Below, piece after piece: positions 19,640 through 30,047 of a stretch of DNA of 64,000 nt. The translations under genes and the position numbers were made by a program. Origin of the DNA: Promethearchaeota archaeon (GTDB lineage: Archaea; Asgardarchaeota; Lokiarchaeia; Sigyniarchaeales; SOKP01); assembly GCA_019058445.1 (NCBI GenBank), contig JAHPZA010000010.1, forward strand, positions 288,001 through 352,000, in the 5' to 3' direction. Within the stretch, counting starts at the first letter, position 1, and each line of letters starts with the position of its first letter. The notes below the pieces were generated by a model. The model saw only the letters and a program-made list of their open reading frames with translations, was not told where the DNA came from and made no database searches.

Positions 19640-19771
19640 AGTTAATAATGATATGTAATAAATCTGTCGTCAGACTATTTAATAATTTAATGACCTTTAT
19701 AAAAATAAAAATATTTAATCATTAAATAACATTTTTTCAATTAATCAGATAAATCGAAGCATAAAAAAATA

Positions 19772-21772
19772 ATGGATATTAGCAGCAATTATGTATTTAA
19801 CTTTTTGTTAGTAGGTTTAATATTTTTTTTATTTTTTTTCATAATTACGATATTTGGTTATTTTTTTTTATTTTTCATTAAAAAATTCAACAAAAACAAG
19901 GAAGGTATAGATAATAAATCGATTTTAGAGGAGCTCTTTATATCATTTGGGATTGGAGTATCTGTATATATTAGCTTAGGATACTTTTTAGATTTGTTCT
20001 CTCTCTTCAATTTTTATACAGCTTATCTGTCAATTATAGTATTTAATTTTTTATTCTTAATTTATTATTATTTTAAGAATAAAGAAATACTGAAAAAGAA
20101 ATGGAATAGTAATGTTCTTTATAACTTCTTAAAAGCTTATTTTTCAAGAAGAGACAATATTTTCCTTTTAGGAGTCATTATTTTAACAATTACAATCATT
20201 TCTATTATACAATGGTTTGTTATTATAGAATCAACCTCTTTAAATTATTCAGATCCATTTAAATGGTATTCTGACACATTTTATTTAATAGATAATGGAC
20301 ATATTAATTATAAGCATTTGGATTATAATTATCCCTCAGGATACACATATTTTAATGCAGGGGTCCTCTTAATTTATCCCGATTACCTTTTTGGATATTA
20401 TTATTTTAAATTTATTCCATTATACTTTATTTCACTTTATTTAATTATAGCATTCTCGATAATTAGAAAATTATTTAATGAGAGATATATAATTCTATTA
20501 GCAGGTTTATTAATTTTAACATCGAGATATTTTTTATCACGTACATTACTCTATTTATCTTCAGCATTAGCTTCTGGAATCCTCATTATTTCGCTAATAA
20601 TAATCATTAAGAAATATCCAGATTATATTATGGGTTTTTTTATAGCTGGTATGTATTTTATTCATAATTTAACTACTTTTTATTATCTTTTTGTACTGAT
20701 TGGTTTCTATTTGTACAGGCTTTTTTATATCCGAGAAAATCGCAAAGAGTTAATGAAACAAGTACGATTTTTAACGCTATCAATTTTAATAATAACTATA
20801 CTACTAATCCCTTATATTGTAGGGATTTATACTATTTATGGAGATAGCCTCCTTGATTTTATCGGACATTTTTTCTATAGATTTGAAGAGACTGACTACG
20901 GTTATATTCTATTCGATCCAAATGTGTCTGATCAAGGATTAGCCAAATTAATTTATCCATTAGATTTTTTTACACCTCTCATTGAAATTGAATTGTTAAA
21001 GTTATTTGATGAATTATTTGAAAGATCGATATATCTTTTCTTTATTTTACCGCTTATAGGTTTATTAATAAATATTAAACAGCCAGTAAATAACAATGAA
21101 GATCAGGAAAAATTGATATTTTTTAAGCTATTTATTATTATAATCTTAATTTTTTTCTTTTTACCTTACATTTTTCTCAATTTAAATTTATTCATCAAAT
21201 TTAGGAAAAGGATACTCCAGAGTTTCAGTTTACCAATCATCATAATGTCCTTATATTCTATTAAATGGATCGTGAAGCTTGCTAATAAGTTAACTCAATT
21301 TTTAGTATTAAAGTTCAATCTTTACAGAAAAATAGTAAATTCGAATGCTTTTTACAGTAGAATATTCAAAATAGAGTCTTTGTTTATTTTCATGTTGATG
21401 ATATCAACAAGTTCATCATTTGTGATGCATAGATATCCAGATTATTATTATTATTATGATGATGAGTTGGTGGAAGTTGTACTTTATTTGCGAACTCATG
21501 CGGAATCCGGATCTAAAATTCTTCGAGAGGATTTTGATTCTGCTGTAATTTTTAGGATGCTCTATGATATGGAAATTAAGAAATATGATGTAAATGAAAC
21601 GTCCTCATATGAAGATCTTATTAACGAGGTGCATGAAAGACATATAGATTATCTAATTTTCTCTAAAGATTTTTTTGATAACGCAACAATAGAAGATAGG
21701 CTCTGTGGTAATTCAAGATTTAAGGTACTATTAGAAAATGATGAATTTATTTTATTTAAATATAAAAATTGA
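19772..21772 (+). CDS. Polytopic membrane protein, GT-C-like glycosyltransferase
   Basis: More than 10 hydrophobic segments; first large loop SDPFKWY...YPSGY; soluble C-terminal tail with IDYLI, as in archaeal GT-C/PMT-like proteins. Confidence 0.6.
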   Translation: MDISSNYVFNFLLVGLIFFLFFFIITIFGYFFLFFIKKFNKNKEGIDNKSILEELFISFGIGVSVYISLGYFLDLFSLFNFYTAYLSIIVFNFLFLIYYYFKNKEILKKKWNSNVLYNFLKAYFSRRDNIFLLGVIILTITIISIIQWFVIIESTSLNYSDPFKWYSDTFYLIDNGHINYKHLDYNYPSGYTYFNAGVLLIYPDYLFGYYYFKFIPLYFISLYLIIAFSIIRKLFNERYIILLAGLLILTSRYFLSRTLLYLSSALASGILIISLIIIIKKYPDYIMGFFIAGMYFIHNLTTFYYLFVLIGFYLYRLFYIRENRKELMKQVRFLTLSILIITILLIPYIVGIYTIYGDSLLDFIGHFFYRFEETDYGYILFDPNVSDQGLAKLIYPLDFFTPLIEIELLKLFDELFERSIYLFFILPLIGLLINIKQPVNNNEDQEKLIFFKLFIIIILIFFFLPYIFLNLNLFIKFRKRILQSFSLPIIIMSLYSIKWIVKLANKLTQFLVLKFNLYRKIVNSNAFYSRIFKIESLFIFMLMISTSSSFVMHRYPDYYYYYDDELVEVVLYLRTHAESGSKILREDFDSAVIFRMLYDMEIKKYDVNETSSYEDLINEVHERHIDYLIFSKDFFDNATIEDRLCGNSRFKVLLENDEFILFKYKN

Positions 21773-21784
21773 TTGTGCTAACAT

Positions 21785-22975
21785 TTGAATATAATTAGAC
21801 TTACAACTAGAATCTTCCCTGATAAAGCAGGTCCAGCTGTTTATGCTTATTCGCTATCTGAACATACTTCAAACAAAGATTTCACTTTTTTTAATATTAC
21901 TTGTCAACCTCAAGAAGTCAAGGAAAAATATAAATACGTTAATCCAAATTTTAAAATATATTATTTACCGATGTATACTCCTAGATGGGATGCAAAGCTT
22001 TATGAACACCTCCTATTTTTAATTAAATTTGGAATATATTCTATTAAGAAAATAGTACGCTTACATAGGGAAAATCGAATTGATCTAATTCATTGTGACA
22101 ATCCTGCAATAACGGGGTTAATTGCGGTATTAATAAACAGAATATTTAAAATCCCATTTATTTATACTCACCATGGACTTGATTCACATTTTAAACTAAA
22201 TTTTTTAATTGAATTAAAATTGATTTATCGTTTTTCAAAATATCATATTATTGTTAGTAGACGTATGAAATATTTTTTTGAAAAAAATAAACTAGATACT
22301 CAAAAATTAAAATGGATCCCAGTTGGAATTGATCTAAATAAATTTTTTCATGTAAGTACTGAGAGTGAGAAAAAAGGTTTAATTAAAGAACTAGAATTGG
22401 AGAAAATTCTTAATATGGATGACCTAATTATACTTTATGTAGGATATATGGATCTAAAGCAGAAAGTATTCGGTATGATTGATTTTTTAAATGGATTTAA
22501 TAATTTTATAAATATTTTACCTGAGAATGAGAAAAAAAAAATAAAGTTATTATATTTGGGGGAAGGAAAATATAAACATTTATTGGAAAATGAAATAAAC
22601 AAGTTAAAACTAAAAAAAAATGCCTATTTATTAGGGACTACTTCCGAAATAGAGAAATTTTATGCTATTTCGGATTTTAGTGCTTTAACGTCATATATGG
22701 AGGGCTTTCCTATTACAGTTTTAGAAGCAATTGCCTCTAATGTTCCATGTATCTGTACTGATGTGGGAGAAATTCAAGAAATAGTTGATGAAAAAGCAAT
22801 TGTTCCTTGTGGAAAAAGAGAAGAAATTACCGCGAAGCTTAAAGATTTCTATGAAAGTAAAGAAGTATGTAATGAAATAAGCGAAAGATCATTTAAAAAA
22901 ATTGAAAGATTTGAATGGAAAAATATAGCTAAACAAATTAAATTAATCTATAAGAAAGCGCTTTTAAATAATTAG
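21785..22975 (+). CDS. GT4 glycosyltransferase
   Basis: PVGIDL, SYMEGFPITVLEA, TDVG. Confidence 0.9.
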   Translation: MNIIRLTTRIFPDKAGPAVYAYSLSEHTSNKDFTFFNITCQPQEVKEKYKYVNPNFKIYYLPMYTPRWDAKLYEHLLFLIKFGIYSIKKIVRLHRENRIDLIHCDNPAITGLIAVLINRIFKIPFIYTHHGLDSHFKLNFLIELKLIYRFSKYHIIVSRRMKYFFEKNKLDTQKLKWIPVGIDLNKFFHVSTESEKKGLIKELELEKILNMDDLIILYVGYMDLKQKVFGMIDFLNGFNNFINILPENEKKKIKLLYLGEGKYKHLLENEINKLKLKKNAYLLGTTSEIEKFYAISDFSALTSYMEGFPITVLEAIASNVPCICTDVGEIQEIVDEKAIVPCGKREEITAKLKDFYESKEVCNEISERSFKKIERFEWKNIAKQIKLIYKKALLNN

Positions 22976-22981
22976 ATTAAC

Positions 22982-23956
22982 ATGATAAAAAATAAAAAAA
23001 TTTTAATAACTGGTGGAGCTGGATTTATTGGCTCTCATCTTTTTGAAAATCTAATCCAAGAAGGTAATAATACAATAATTATTGATAATTTTAATGATTA
23101 CTACCCCGGAAAGGAGGAGCAAATAGAGGAAATTATAAAGAAATGCTCAAAATCAACAGAATATAGTATAATTAAAGGTGATCTTACACAAGAATCCATT
23201 TTTAATAAAATAGACCGTGATATTGATATTATATTCCATCTTGCTGCCCAAGCAGGTGTAAGATATTCAATTGAGCATGCTTCTGAGGTTACTAAAAATA
23301 ATATAGTAAGTACAGTTAACATTTATGAATTTGCCTTAAAAAATGAGATAAAAAAAGTAGTCTATGCTTCCTCATCTTCTGTATATGGGAATCCAATTTA
23401 TACTCCTCTTGATGAAGAACACCCAAAAAATCCAATATCTCCTTATGCGGTCTCAAAATTATGTGGAGAATTCTATGCTGATCTATATTTCAAGGAATAT
23501 AATTTACCAGTCACCTCACTTAGGTTTTACACCGTCTATGGACCTAGGGGAAGACCTGATATGGCCATAAGAAAATTCTTTGAGCTTATTTTGGGAGATA
23601 AAGAAATTTCTATTTATGGCGACGGAGAACAACTCAGAGATTTTACCTATGTTTCAGATATAATCGATGGACTTATCTTAGCAGGGGAGAAAAAGGAAGC
23701 AATTGGTCAAGTTTTTAATCTTGGTTGCTCAAATCCTATAAAAGTTAATGAATTGGTTGAAAAAATGTATAAGATTGTAGGGAAAAATAAAAATGTAAGG
23801 TATATAGAAAAACAGAAAGGTGATGTTGATATAACCTATTCAAATACTAAAAAAGCCAATAAAATCTTAAATTATTATCCAAAAATAGAAATTGATGAAG
23901 GATTACAAAAAACATTCAACTGGCAGAGAATATATTACAAAAAGAATATAGTGTAA
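22982..23956 (+). CDS. NAD-dependent nucleotide-sugar epimerase (UDP-glucuronate 4-epimerase-like)
   Basis: TGGAGFIG, HLAAQAGVRYS, YAVSK, GPRGRPDMA. Confidence 0.9.
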   Translation: MIKNKKILITGGAGFIGSHLFENLIQEGNNTIIIDNFNDYYPGKEEQIEEIIKKCSKSTEYSIIKGDLTQESIFNKIDRDIDIIFHLAAQAGVRYSIEHASEVTKNNIVSTVNIYEFALKNEIKKVVYASSSSVYGNPIYTPLDEEHPKNPISPYAVSKLCGEFYADLYFKEYNLPVTSLRFYTVYGPRGRPDMAIRKFFELILGDKEISIYGDGEQLRDFTYVSDIIDGLILAGEKKEAIGQVFNLGCSNPIKVNELVEKMYKIVGKNKNVRYIEKQKGDVDITYSNTKKANKILNYYPKIEIDEGLQKTFNWQRIYYKKNIV

Positions 23957-24012
23957 GGATTTTTTTAATTCAATAATCTCTTTCCTATAATAAATTATTG
24001 AGACTTAACTTC

Positions 24013-24798
24013 TTAAAATAACTCCAAATTAAATGGATGAAATTTAGATGATTTATAAAATGTATTTGTTAGCTTTTGGTATTCTATATCTGTATCTATA
24101 TCTAACCAAATTGTATTAGGAAAATCTAAATAAGCAACTTTTAAATTTAAACTAATTGCAGAAAGCACAATATCAGATACTCCGAAGTTTTGCTTTTCCT
24201 TTTCAATTTTTTTCGTAACTTTTCTAATTGTTTGAGATTTCATCATAAATACTCCCATATCAAGTCTGTTATAATTTGGTATTTTTTTTCCAATCATTTT
24301 AATATCCAAATTATTCCCATATACTTTAGTACAATCATCCAAGTCATAAATACCGTTTATTTTCATAGGATCAGTTGCTAGTATTATATCTTCGTCAGAG
24401 TAATTTTTCATCAAATGAAGATAAATATTTTCAGAAAAAACATGGTCTGCCATAGATAATATAAAATAATTTGATTCAACTTCATTTATTCCTAAAAAAA
24501 GGCTAAACCCATTTTCTCTTTCAGGATTAGAATTCTTTATAAAATTTAGGTCTGGGGGATCGATTGCCAATTTTTCAATAAATTTATTGAAAGAAGTCAT
24601 AAGATGAAAGAAATCTGCTTTTTCATCAACAATAATATTAATTTTATTAATATTTGCTTTTTGCATTGCAATAATAATATAATTCAAAATATTACTTCGC
24701 TCCAATGGAAGCATATACTTCTTAAATGCGCTATTATCAAAATTAAATCTACTACAATAACCAGCGGCAAGTATTATGCTCTCTAAAATAATCACCAA
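24013..24798 (-). CDS. Sugar/alcohol-phosphate nucleotidyltransferase (IPCT/LicC-like cytidylyltransferase)
   Basis: ILAAGYCSRF, ERENGFSL, SMADH, DMGVF, WLDIDT. Confidence 0.8.
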   Translation of the reverse strand: MVIILESIILAAGYCSRFNFDNSAFKKYMLPLERSNILNYIIIAMQKANINKINIIVDEKADFFHLMTSFNKFIEKLAIDPPDLNFIKNSNPERENGFSLFLGINEVESNYFILSMADHVFSENIYLHLMKNYSDEDIILATDPMKINGIYDLDDCTKVYGNNLDIKMIGKKIPNYNRLDMGVFMMKSQTIRKVTKKIEKEKQNFGVSDIVLSAISLNLKVAYLDFPNTIWLDIDTDIEYQKLTNTFYKSSKFHPFNLELF

Positions 24799-24968
24799 TC
24801 AAAATTTTATTTATATAAAAAATTATCGATATTTCTTTAAGTTTTCGAGCATACAGATCTTCTTAAACGTACTAAAATAGAGGATTTAAATTGCTTCTAA
24901 TTTTATCTTACATACTAATAATGTTTAAATAAGTAATAATCTGTGGAATTTGTGGGTAATTACGGTTA

Positions 24969-25859
24969 ATGAAAAATAAAAAAGTGATTGTAATTAACGG
25001 TTTTCAGAGGGGTGGTACTAATATTGTCTATAATATTTTACAATCACATCCTCAGGTTTGTTCAGCTAATGATCTCGAAATAGGTCAAATCCTTACACAA
25101 AATTATAGAATTCCCTCCCAAAAAAAAATTGGATATCTTATAAAACGTCTAAAATTAGCTTTTTATGATTTATTAAACAAAAAATTTATCTTGAATTCAT
25201 TTATAGTTAATATTTTAGGGATATTAGTTGATTATCTATTCTATATATATAAATTAAAAAACTTTCATAATCAATATAATCGCTATAAATATGAAAATAT
25301 CCCTTATTCTTTGAATGAGATAAAAGAAAGTGTATTATGTTTAAAATCAGTAAATAATGATATAAGTTTAACTCGATTTCTATCTAAAATTTATGAAAAT
25401 ATTTATTTTATTGGTTTGATTAGAAATGGATATGCTCTTTGTGAAAGTTGGATTAGAAGGGGTAAGACTGCTAGAATAAGTGGCCAAAGATATAAAAGAT
25501 TCTGTGAAATGATTATTAAAGACAGTAAAAAGATTAAGAATTATAAAATTATTAAATTTGAAGATGTTTTGAATAATCCCTTTGCTGAAGCAAAAAAATT
25601 ATTTAAATTTACTCAATTAGAACCTGCCAACCTTGAAAAATTGCGATTTAAGTCTAAAAAGGTCTTGACTAATCAAGGGATACATGAAGTAAAATACGGA
25701 AAATTGGATTCTAAATATTGGTTTAATCAAGAAAGTATTTTGAATTTATTTGATCCTAGTATAAATAATATTCAAATAGATTTACTATCAGAATTAGATA
25801 AAAAGATTTTTGAAAAGGAAGCTAATCCAATTTTGGAATATTTTGATTACTTAGGTTAG
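24969..25859 (+). CDS. Sulfotransferase family protein
   Basis: PAPS-binding loop GFQRGGTN, LQSHP, LIRNG...S, IKFEDVLNNP. Confidence 0.78.
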   Translation: MKNKKVIVINGFQRGGTNIVYNILQSHPQVCSANDLEIGQILTQNYRIPSQKKIGYLIKRLKLAFYDLLNKKFILNSFIVNILGILVDYLFYIYKLKNFHNQYNRYKYENIPYSLNEIKESVLCLKSVNNDISLTRFLSKIYENIYFIGLIRNGYALCESWIRRGKTARISGQRYKRFCEMIIKDSKKIKNYKIIKFEDVLNNPFAEAKKLFKFTQLEPANLEKLRFKSKKVLTNQGIHEVKYGKLDSKYWFNQESILNLFDPSINNIQIDLLSELDKKIFEKEANPILEYFDYLG

Positions 25860-25915
25860 AAAATTAATAAAATTATTGAATAAATCTCTATATCATCAAA
25901 AAAAAAGAATAAAAT

Positions 25916-27184
25916 ATGAATATCGCATTGATCTCTGGTAATTTTTTAAGCAAAAAAGGAGGAATTTCAACAACTTTAAAAAACTTTTACGAAAAGTTAA
26001 CAGATTTAGGAGAAACTATTCATCTTATTGATAATTCCTCGAGTGATATCCAAGGTTTAAATATTATTCATTCTAGGGAGAAATTTAAAAATTTTTTTTT
26101 TCAGAATTTGGGTTTTTACCTTTTTCTATTTTATTTATTTTTTAGAATTCTAATTATACAAAATATAAAATTTAGAGAAAAGCTGAAAGTTTCATTTTAT
26201 TATTGCTTTTATCCCAAAGATCTTGTCAACCGCATAAAATCCATAAAAAAACTTATTGTATACTTTCAAAAAGTTAAAGTAGATATTGTTTTTTGTATAA
26301 GTTCATCGTTTCCATTATTTTATGGGTTTATATTATCAAAATTTTTTAATAAACCCTTAGTTACATTAGCTCATGGTGAAGATTTTATTAAAAGATATCC
26401 TTATAGCCTAAATACTATAATATTCAGACATATTGAGAAAATAATTGTAAGTAATATCATTATGAAAAGATTATTTTTAAAAATTCATAATGTAAGAGAA
26501 GATAAAATTAAAATTATTTTTCGAGGAATTAATCTTGAAAAAATCAGTATAGACAGTTCTAAAATAGAATTAAGAGAAAAACTGAATATTTCCAAAAATG
26601 ATTTCATAATTATGACAGTTAGCCGAATTCATCCTCGAAAAGGGATTGAAAATGTAATTAATGTTATTAAGCAAATAAAAGAAGAGAATACTAATTTACC
26701 TATAAAATATTATATAATTGGAACAGGGAAAGAATTAATACGATTAAAAAAGAAAATTTCTGAATCAAGACTTACGGATACTATAAAATTTCTAGGAGAA
26801 ATTAATGATATTACGAGGAATCAATATTATAAGTTATCTGATCTATTTATTTTAGTTCCAGAAATTCAAAAAAATACTATTGAAGGATTTGGTATAGTAT
26901 ATCTTGAAGCAAATTATTTTAAATTACCTGTAATCGGTACTCGATCTGGCGGTGTTAAAATTGCAATTGAAGATGGAAAAACGGGTTTTCTTATTGACCC
27001 TAAAGACGAGAAAGGATTAAAAGAAAAAATCCTAATGCTTTATTATAATAAAGATCTTCGAGAAAAATTAGGAGAGAATGGATATAAAAGAGTTTTAAAG
27101 TTTTTCGACTGGAAAAATAAAGCAATTGAGTATAGAGATGTTTTAAAAAATACAATAAAAGATAAAAGTACCAGTATTTCATAA
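25916..27184 (+). CDS. GT4 glycosyltransferase (PimB-like)
   Basis: VSRIHPRKG, EGFGIVYLEA. Confidence 0.92.
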   Translation: MNIALISGNFLSKKGGISTTLKNFYEKLTDLGETIHLIDNSSSDIQGLNIIHSREKFKNFFFQNLGFYLFLFYLFFRILIIQNIKFREKLKVSFYYCFYPKDLVNRIKSIKKLIVYFQKVKVDIVFCISSSFPLFYGFILSKFFNKPLVTLAHGEDFIKRYPYSLNTIIFRHIEKIIVSNIIMKRLFLKIHNVREDKIKIIFRGINLEKISIDSSKIELREKLNISKNDFIIMTVSRIHPRKGIENVINVIKQIKEENTNLPIKYYIIGTGKELIRLKKKISESRLTDTIKFLGEINDITRNQYYKLSDLFILVPEIQKNTIEGFGIVYLEANYFKLPVIGTRSGGVKIAIEDGKTGFLIDPKDEKGLKEKILMLYYNKDLREKLGENGYKRVLKFFDWKNKAIEYRDVLKNTIKDKSTSIS

Positions 27185-27198
27185 AATTATATTTAAAA

Positions 27199-28482
27199 AT
27201 GAATATCGCTCTAATTACTAATGACTTTTTGCCCATAAAAGGGGGAATTACAAATGTAATGTTAAATGTTAGTAAGAATTTGACAGAGCTCGGTGATAAA
27301 GTATATGTTTTTAATAAGACATGTAATAATGAAGAAAAATTATATTTCAGGATTTTAAGTAATGATAACTCTTTGAAAGGTTTTGTAAGTCATAATATCA
27401 AATTTATATCCTTTTTATTCGAATTAGTATTTAGATTTTTTTTTTCATTTAAAGGAATTAATTTTAAAGATAAGTTAAAATTAGCTTTTATTTATTGCTT
27501 TTATTTAAAATTCATTGTTAGACGTGTTATATCAATTAAAAATTTAGTTGAATATTTTAAAAAATTTAAAATTGATATAATTCTTAGTGGAACTTCAAGT
27601 ATACCTTTATTATATAGTTATATCCTGTCAATATGGTTTAAAATTCCAATTATTTCCATCGCTCATGGTGATGACTTCCTTGTTAGATATCCATTTAAAA
27701 TAAAGGAATATATTTTTGAGCATATTCAGAAAATCATTGTTACTAACAAATTTATGAAAAGATTATTTTTAAAAATCTATGATAGCATTCCATCAGAGAA
27801 GATTAAAATAATCAATTTAGGTGTGGATATTCAAAATTGCGAAGTTAAAGAAACCCTTATTGATTTAAGGAATAAATTTGGATTTGATAAAAAAGACTTT
27901 ATTATATTAACTGTGAGTAGATTATATCCTAGGAAAGGTTTTGAAACGATTTTAAAAGCTTTAAGACTTATAATGGATGAACATCCCAATCTATCTATAA
28001 AATATCTAATTATCGGTGCTGGGGAAGAACAAAAAACAATCGAAAAACAAGTTTCTTCCTTGAAATTAGAAAATATGGTAAATTTATTAGGCGAAATTGA
28101 TGAATTAAAGAAAAATCAATATTATAAATTATCTAATCTTTTTATAATGGTCCCAGAGATAAAAAAAAATTCGATTGAAGGATTTGGAATTGTATATATT
28201 GAAGCCAATTATTTTCATTTACCAGTAATCGGAACGAGAACAGGAGGTGTGAAATTGGCTATTGAAGATGGAAGAACAGGTTTTCTTATTGAACCAAAAG
28301 ATGAGATTAGCTTAAAGCATAAAATCATGTTATTATATTACGATAAACCACTTCGAATCAAATTGGGAGATTATGGACATAATCGAGTTATTGAACATTT
28401 TAACTGGCAGAAATTAGGTTTAAAATATAGATCTACTCTATTAAATGTTTTAAAAGAGTATCATAAGAAAGATTTTCAATAA
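27199..28482 (+). CDS. GT4 glycosyltransferase, tandem paralog of 25916..27184
   Basis: VSRLYPRKG, EGFGIVYIEA; collinear similarity to the upstream gene. Confidence 0.92.
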   Translation: MNIALITNDFLPIKGGITNVMLNVSKNLTELGDKVYVFNKTCNNEEKLYFRILSNDNSLKGFVSHNIKFISFLFELVFRFFFSFKGINFKDKLKLAFIYCFYLKFIVRRVISIKNLVEYFKKFKIDIILSGTSSIPLLYSYILSIWFKIPIISIAHGDDFLVRYPFKIKEYIFEHIQKIIVTNKFMKRLFLKIYDSIPSEKIKIINLGVDIQNCEVKETLIDLRNKFGFDKKDFIILTVSRLYPRKGFETILKALRLIMDEHPNLSIKYLIIGAGEEQKTIEKQVSSLKLENMVNLLGEIDELKKNQYYKLSNLFIMVPEIKKNSIEGFGIVYIEANYFHLPVIGTRTGGVKLAIEDGRTGFLIEPKDEISLKHKIMLLYYDKPLRIKLGDYGHNRVIEHFNWQKLGLKYRSTLLNVLKEYHKKDFQ

Positions 28483-28656
28483 ATGATTAGATTCATTAAG
28501 ATTAATAAAAGATATTACAAAAGAGATTTGAAGTATAATTGTTGATAGGTTAGTTTGAAAAATTATCTTTAAAAAATTACAATTAAATATGCTTTACTCA
28601 ACACAATAAAAAAATCAGTGAGTCTCATAAAAATAGTAAATTTATATTTTTTATTC

Positions 28657-29712
28657 CTATAATTTGATAATTCTTTTCATAAATGAATATAATCCACTGA
28701 TTTTCGCTTTGAATTTGATAAAATTATTATCGGATAGTAATCTTTTTAATTTAAATAAATCCGTATTTGAAGTATTTAATCCGCTTATTGTGGTGACACC
28801 TGTCAGATATTCGTATTTTTTTGCAAACCTTATCGTTATATCATTAAATGCTCCAGCAGGATAGCATAAATGATTTATTTTATATCCTACATAATTTTCG
28901 ATTTCAATCTTTGCTTCATATAATTCTTTTTCAAATTCTTCCTTTTTTTTCAAACTAGGTAGATTGGGATGGCTTTTTGTATGTGATCCGATTTCTAGAA
29001 TAGTTCTGTCTAATGATGCGATTTCTTTGGATTCTGCTAAAATATACTCTTCAGGTATATTAGAGAATGAAGATAGTTTATTAGGAATTTGAAATTGCTT
29101 TAAATGTTGGATTCTTTCATCATTACCTAAAGATTTTAACCTTTCTTTGATATCATTAATGCAATACTTTATCATTTTATTAGAAAATAAAGGATATTCA
29201 ATATTTTTATCTTTGAATTTGAAATTCAAAGTAGAGTTTTTATAATTTAGAATAGTAAGTTCGATATAATCTGTCCATAATAATTGGTTACTATCTATTA
29301 AATCAGATATAACATAAAAACATCCTTTTAAATTATATTTTTTCATTAATGGATAAGCATTCTTAATAATATTTTTAAAACCATCATCAAAACTAAAGAT
29401 CACAGTTTTGGATTTGATTTTCTTTTTACTATATATTGTTTTTATCAATTCTGTTAATGTAAAGAAGCTATACCCCTTCCTTTTAAGATATTTGATTTGT
29501 TTTTCAAATTCTGATTTTGCGATATGTCTTGTCGAGAAAGAGATAAAACGATGACTTACTCCATGGTACCATAAAATAATATATTTTTTACGATTTAACA
29601 ATCTAAAAAATTCGTTAAAAAAAAAAAAATCTAAAGTTTTTAGTAGTATATCCCTTATTATAAAAATTTTATAATCTGGTATACACTGAATGATATTTCT
29701 ATAAAACCTCAA
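28657..29712 (-). CDS. Polysaccharide deacetylase (NodB/CE4)
   Basis: WYHGV, SFDDGF, IGSHTKSHP, CYPAG. Confidence 0.9.
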   Translation of the reverse strand: MRFYRNIIQCIPDYKIFIIRDILLKTLDFFFFNEFFRLLNRKKYIILWYHGVSHRFISFSTRHIAKSEFEKQIKYLKRKGYSFFTLTELIKTIYSKKKIKSKTVIFSFDDGFKNIIKNAYPLMKKYNLKGCFYVISDLIDSNQLLWTDYIELTILNYKNSTLNFKFKDKNIEYPLFSNKMIKYCINDIKERLKSLGNDERIQHLKQFQIPNKLSSFSNIPEEYILAESKEIASLDRTILEIGSHTKSHPNLPSLKKKEEFEKELYEAKIEIENYVGYKINHLCYPAGAFNDITIRFAKKYEYLTGVTTISGLNTSNTDLFKLKRLLSDNNFIKFKAKISGLYSFMKRIIKL

Positions 29713-29924
29713 CGAAGTTAATCCACTTAATGAAATTTTTAATATCTAAGTAAATATTAATAGTCTTTATTAGTATTTTTATGTTTTTTTTTTAAGCCAT
29801 CACGGAACATTACAATTTTCCAGTAATCTTAAGTTTTTTGTTGAATGTAGTAGAAAATTTTTAACAGATATTATTAGATTTTAATAATTTTTGTTCTTTA
29901 TTCTATAAATACGCAATATTATAG

Positions 29925-29967
29925 GAGGATAAAATTTTGCTATTAAAAAAAAATAAAATTTATCCTC
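29925..29967. promoter_or_regulatory. Inverted repeat in a divergent intergenic region
   Basis: GAGGATAAA (29925-29933) ... TTTATCCTC (29959-29967), extendable with a one-base bulge. Confidence 0.35.
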
Positions 29968-30047
29968 TCTTTACTTATATTGAACTTAATTAATGAGATT
30001 TTTTATCAATGATTTATTGATAATATCGAACATATAGCATTTTCACG

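Noticed and set aside
21440-21463. (TAT)n microsatellite encoding DYYYYYDD
   Set aside because: Short, in-frame trinucleotide run; no frameshift potential and no evidence of function.
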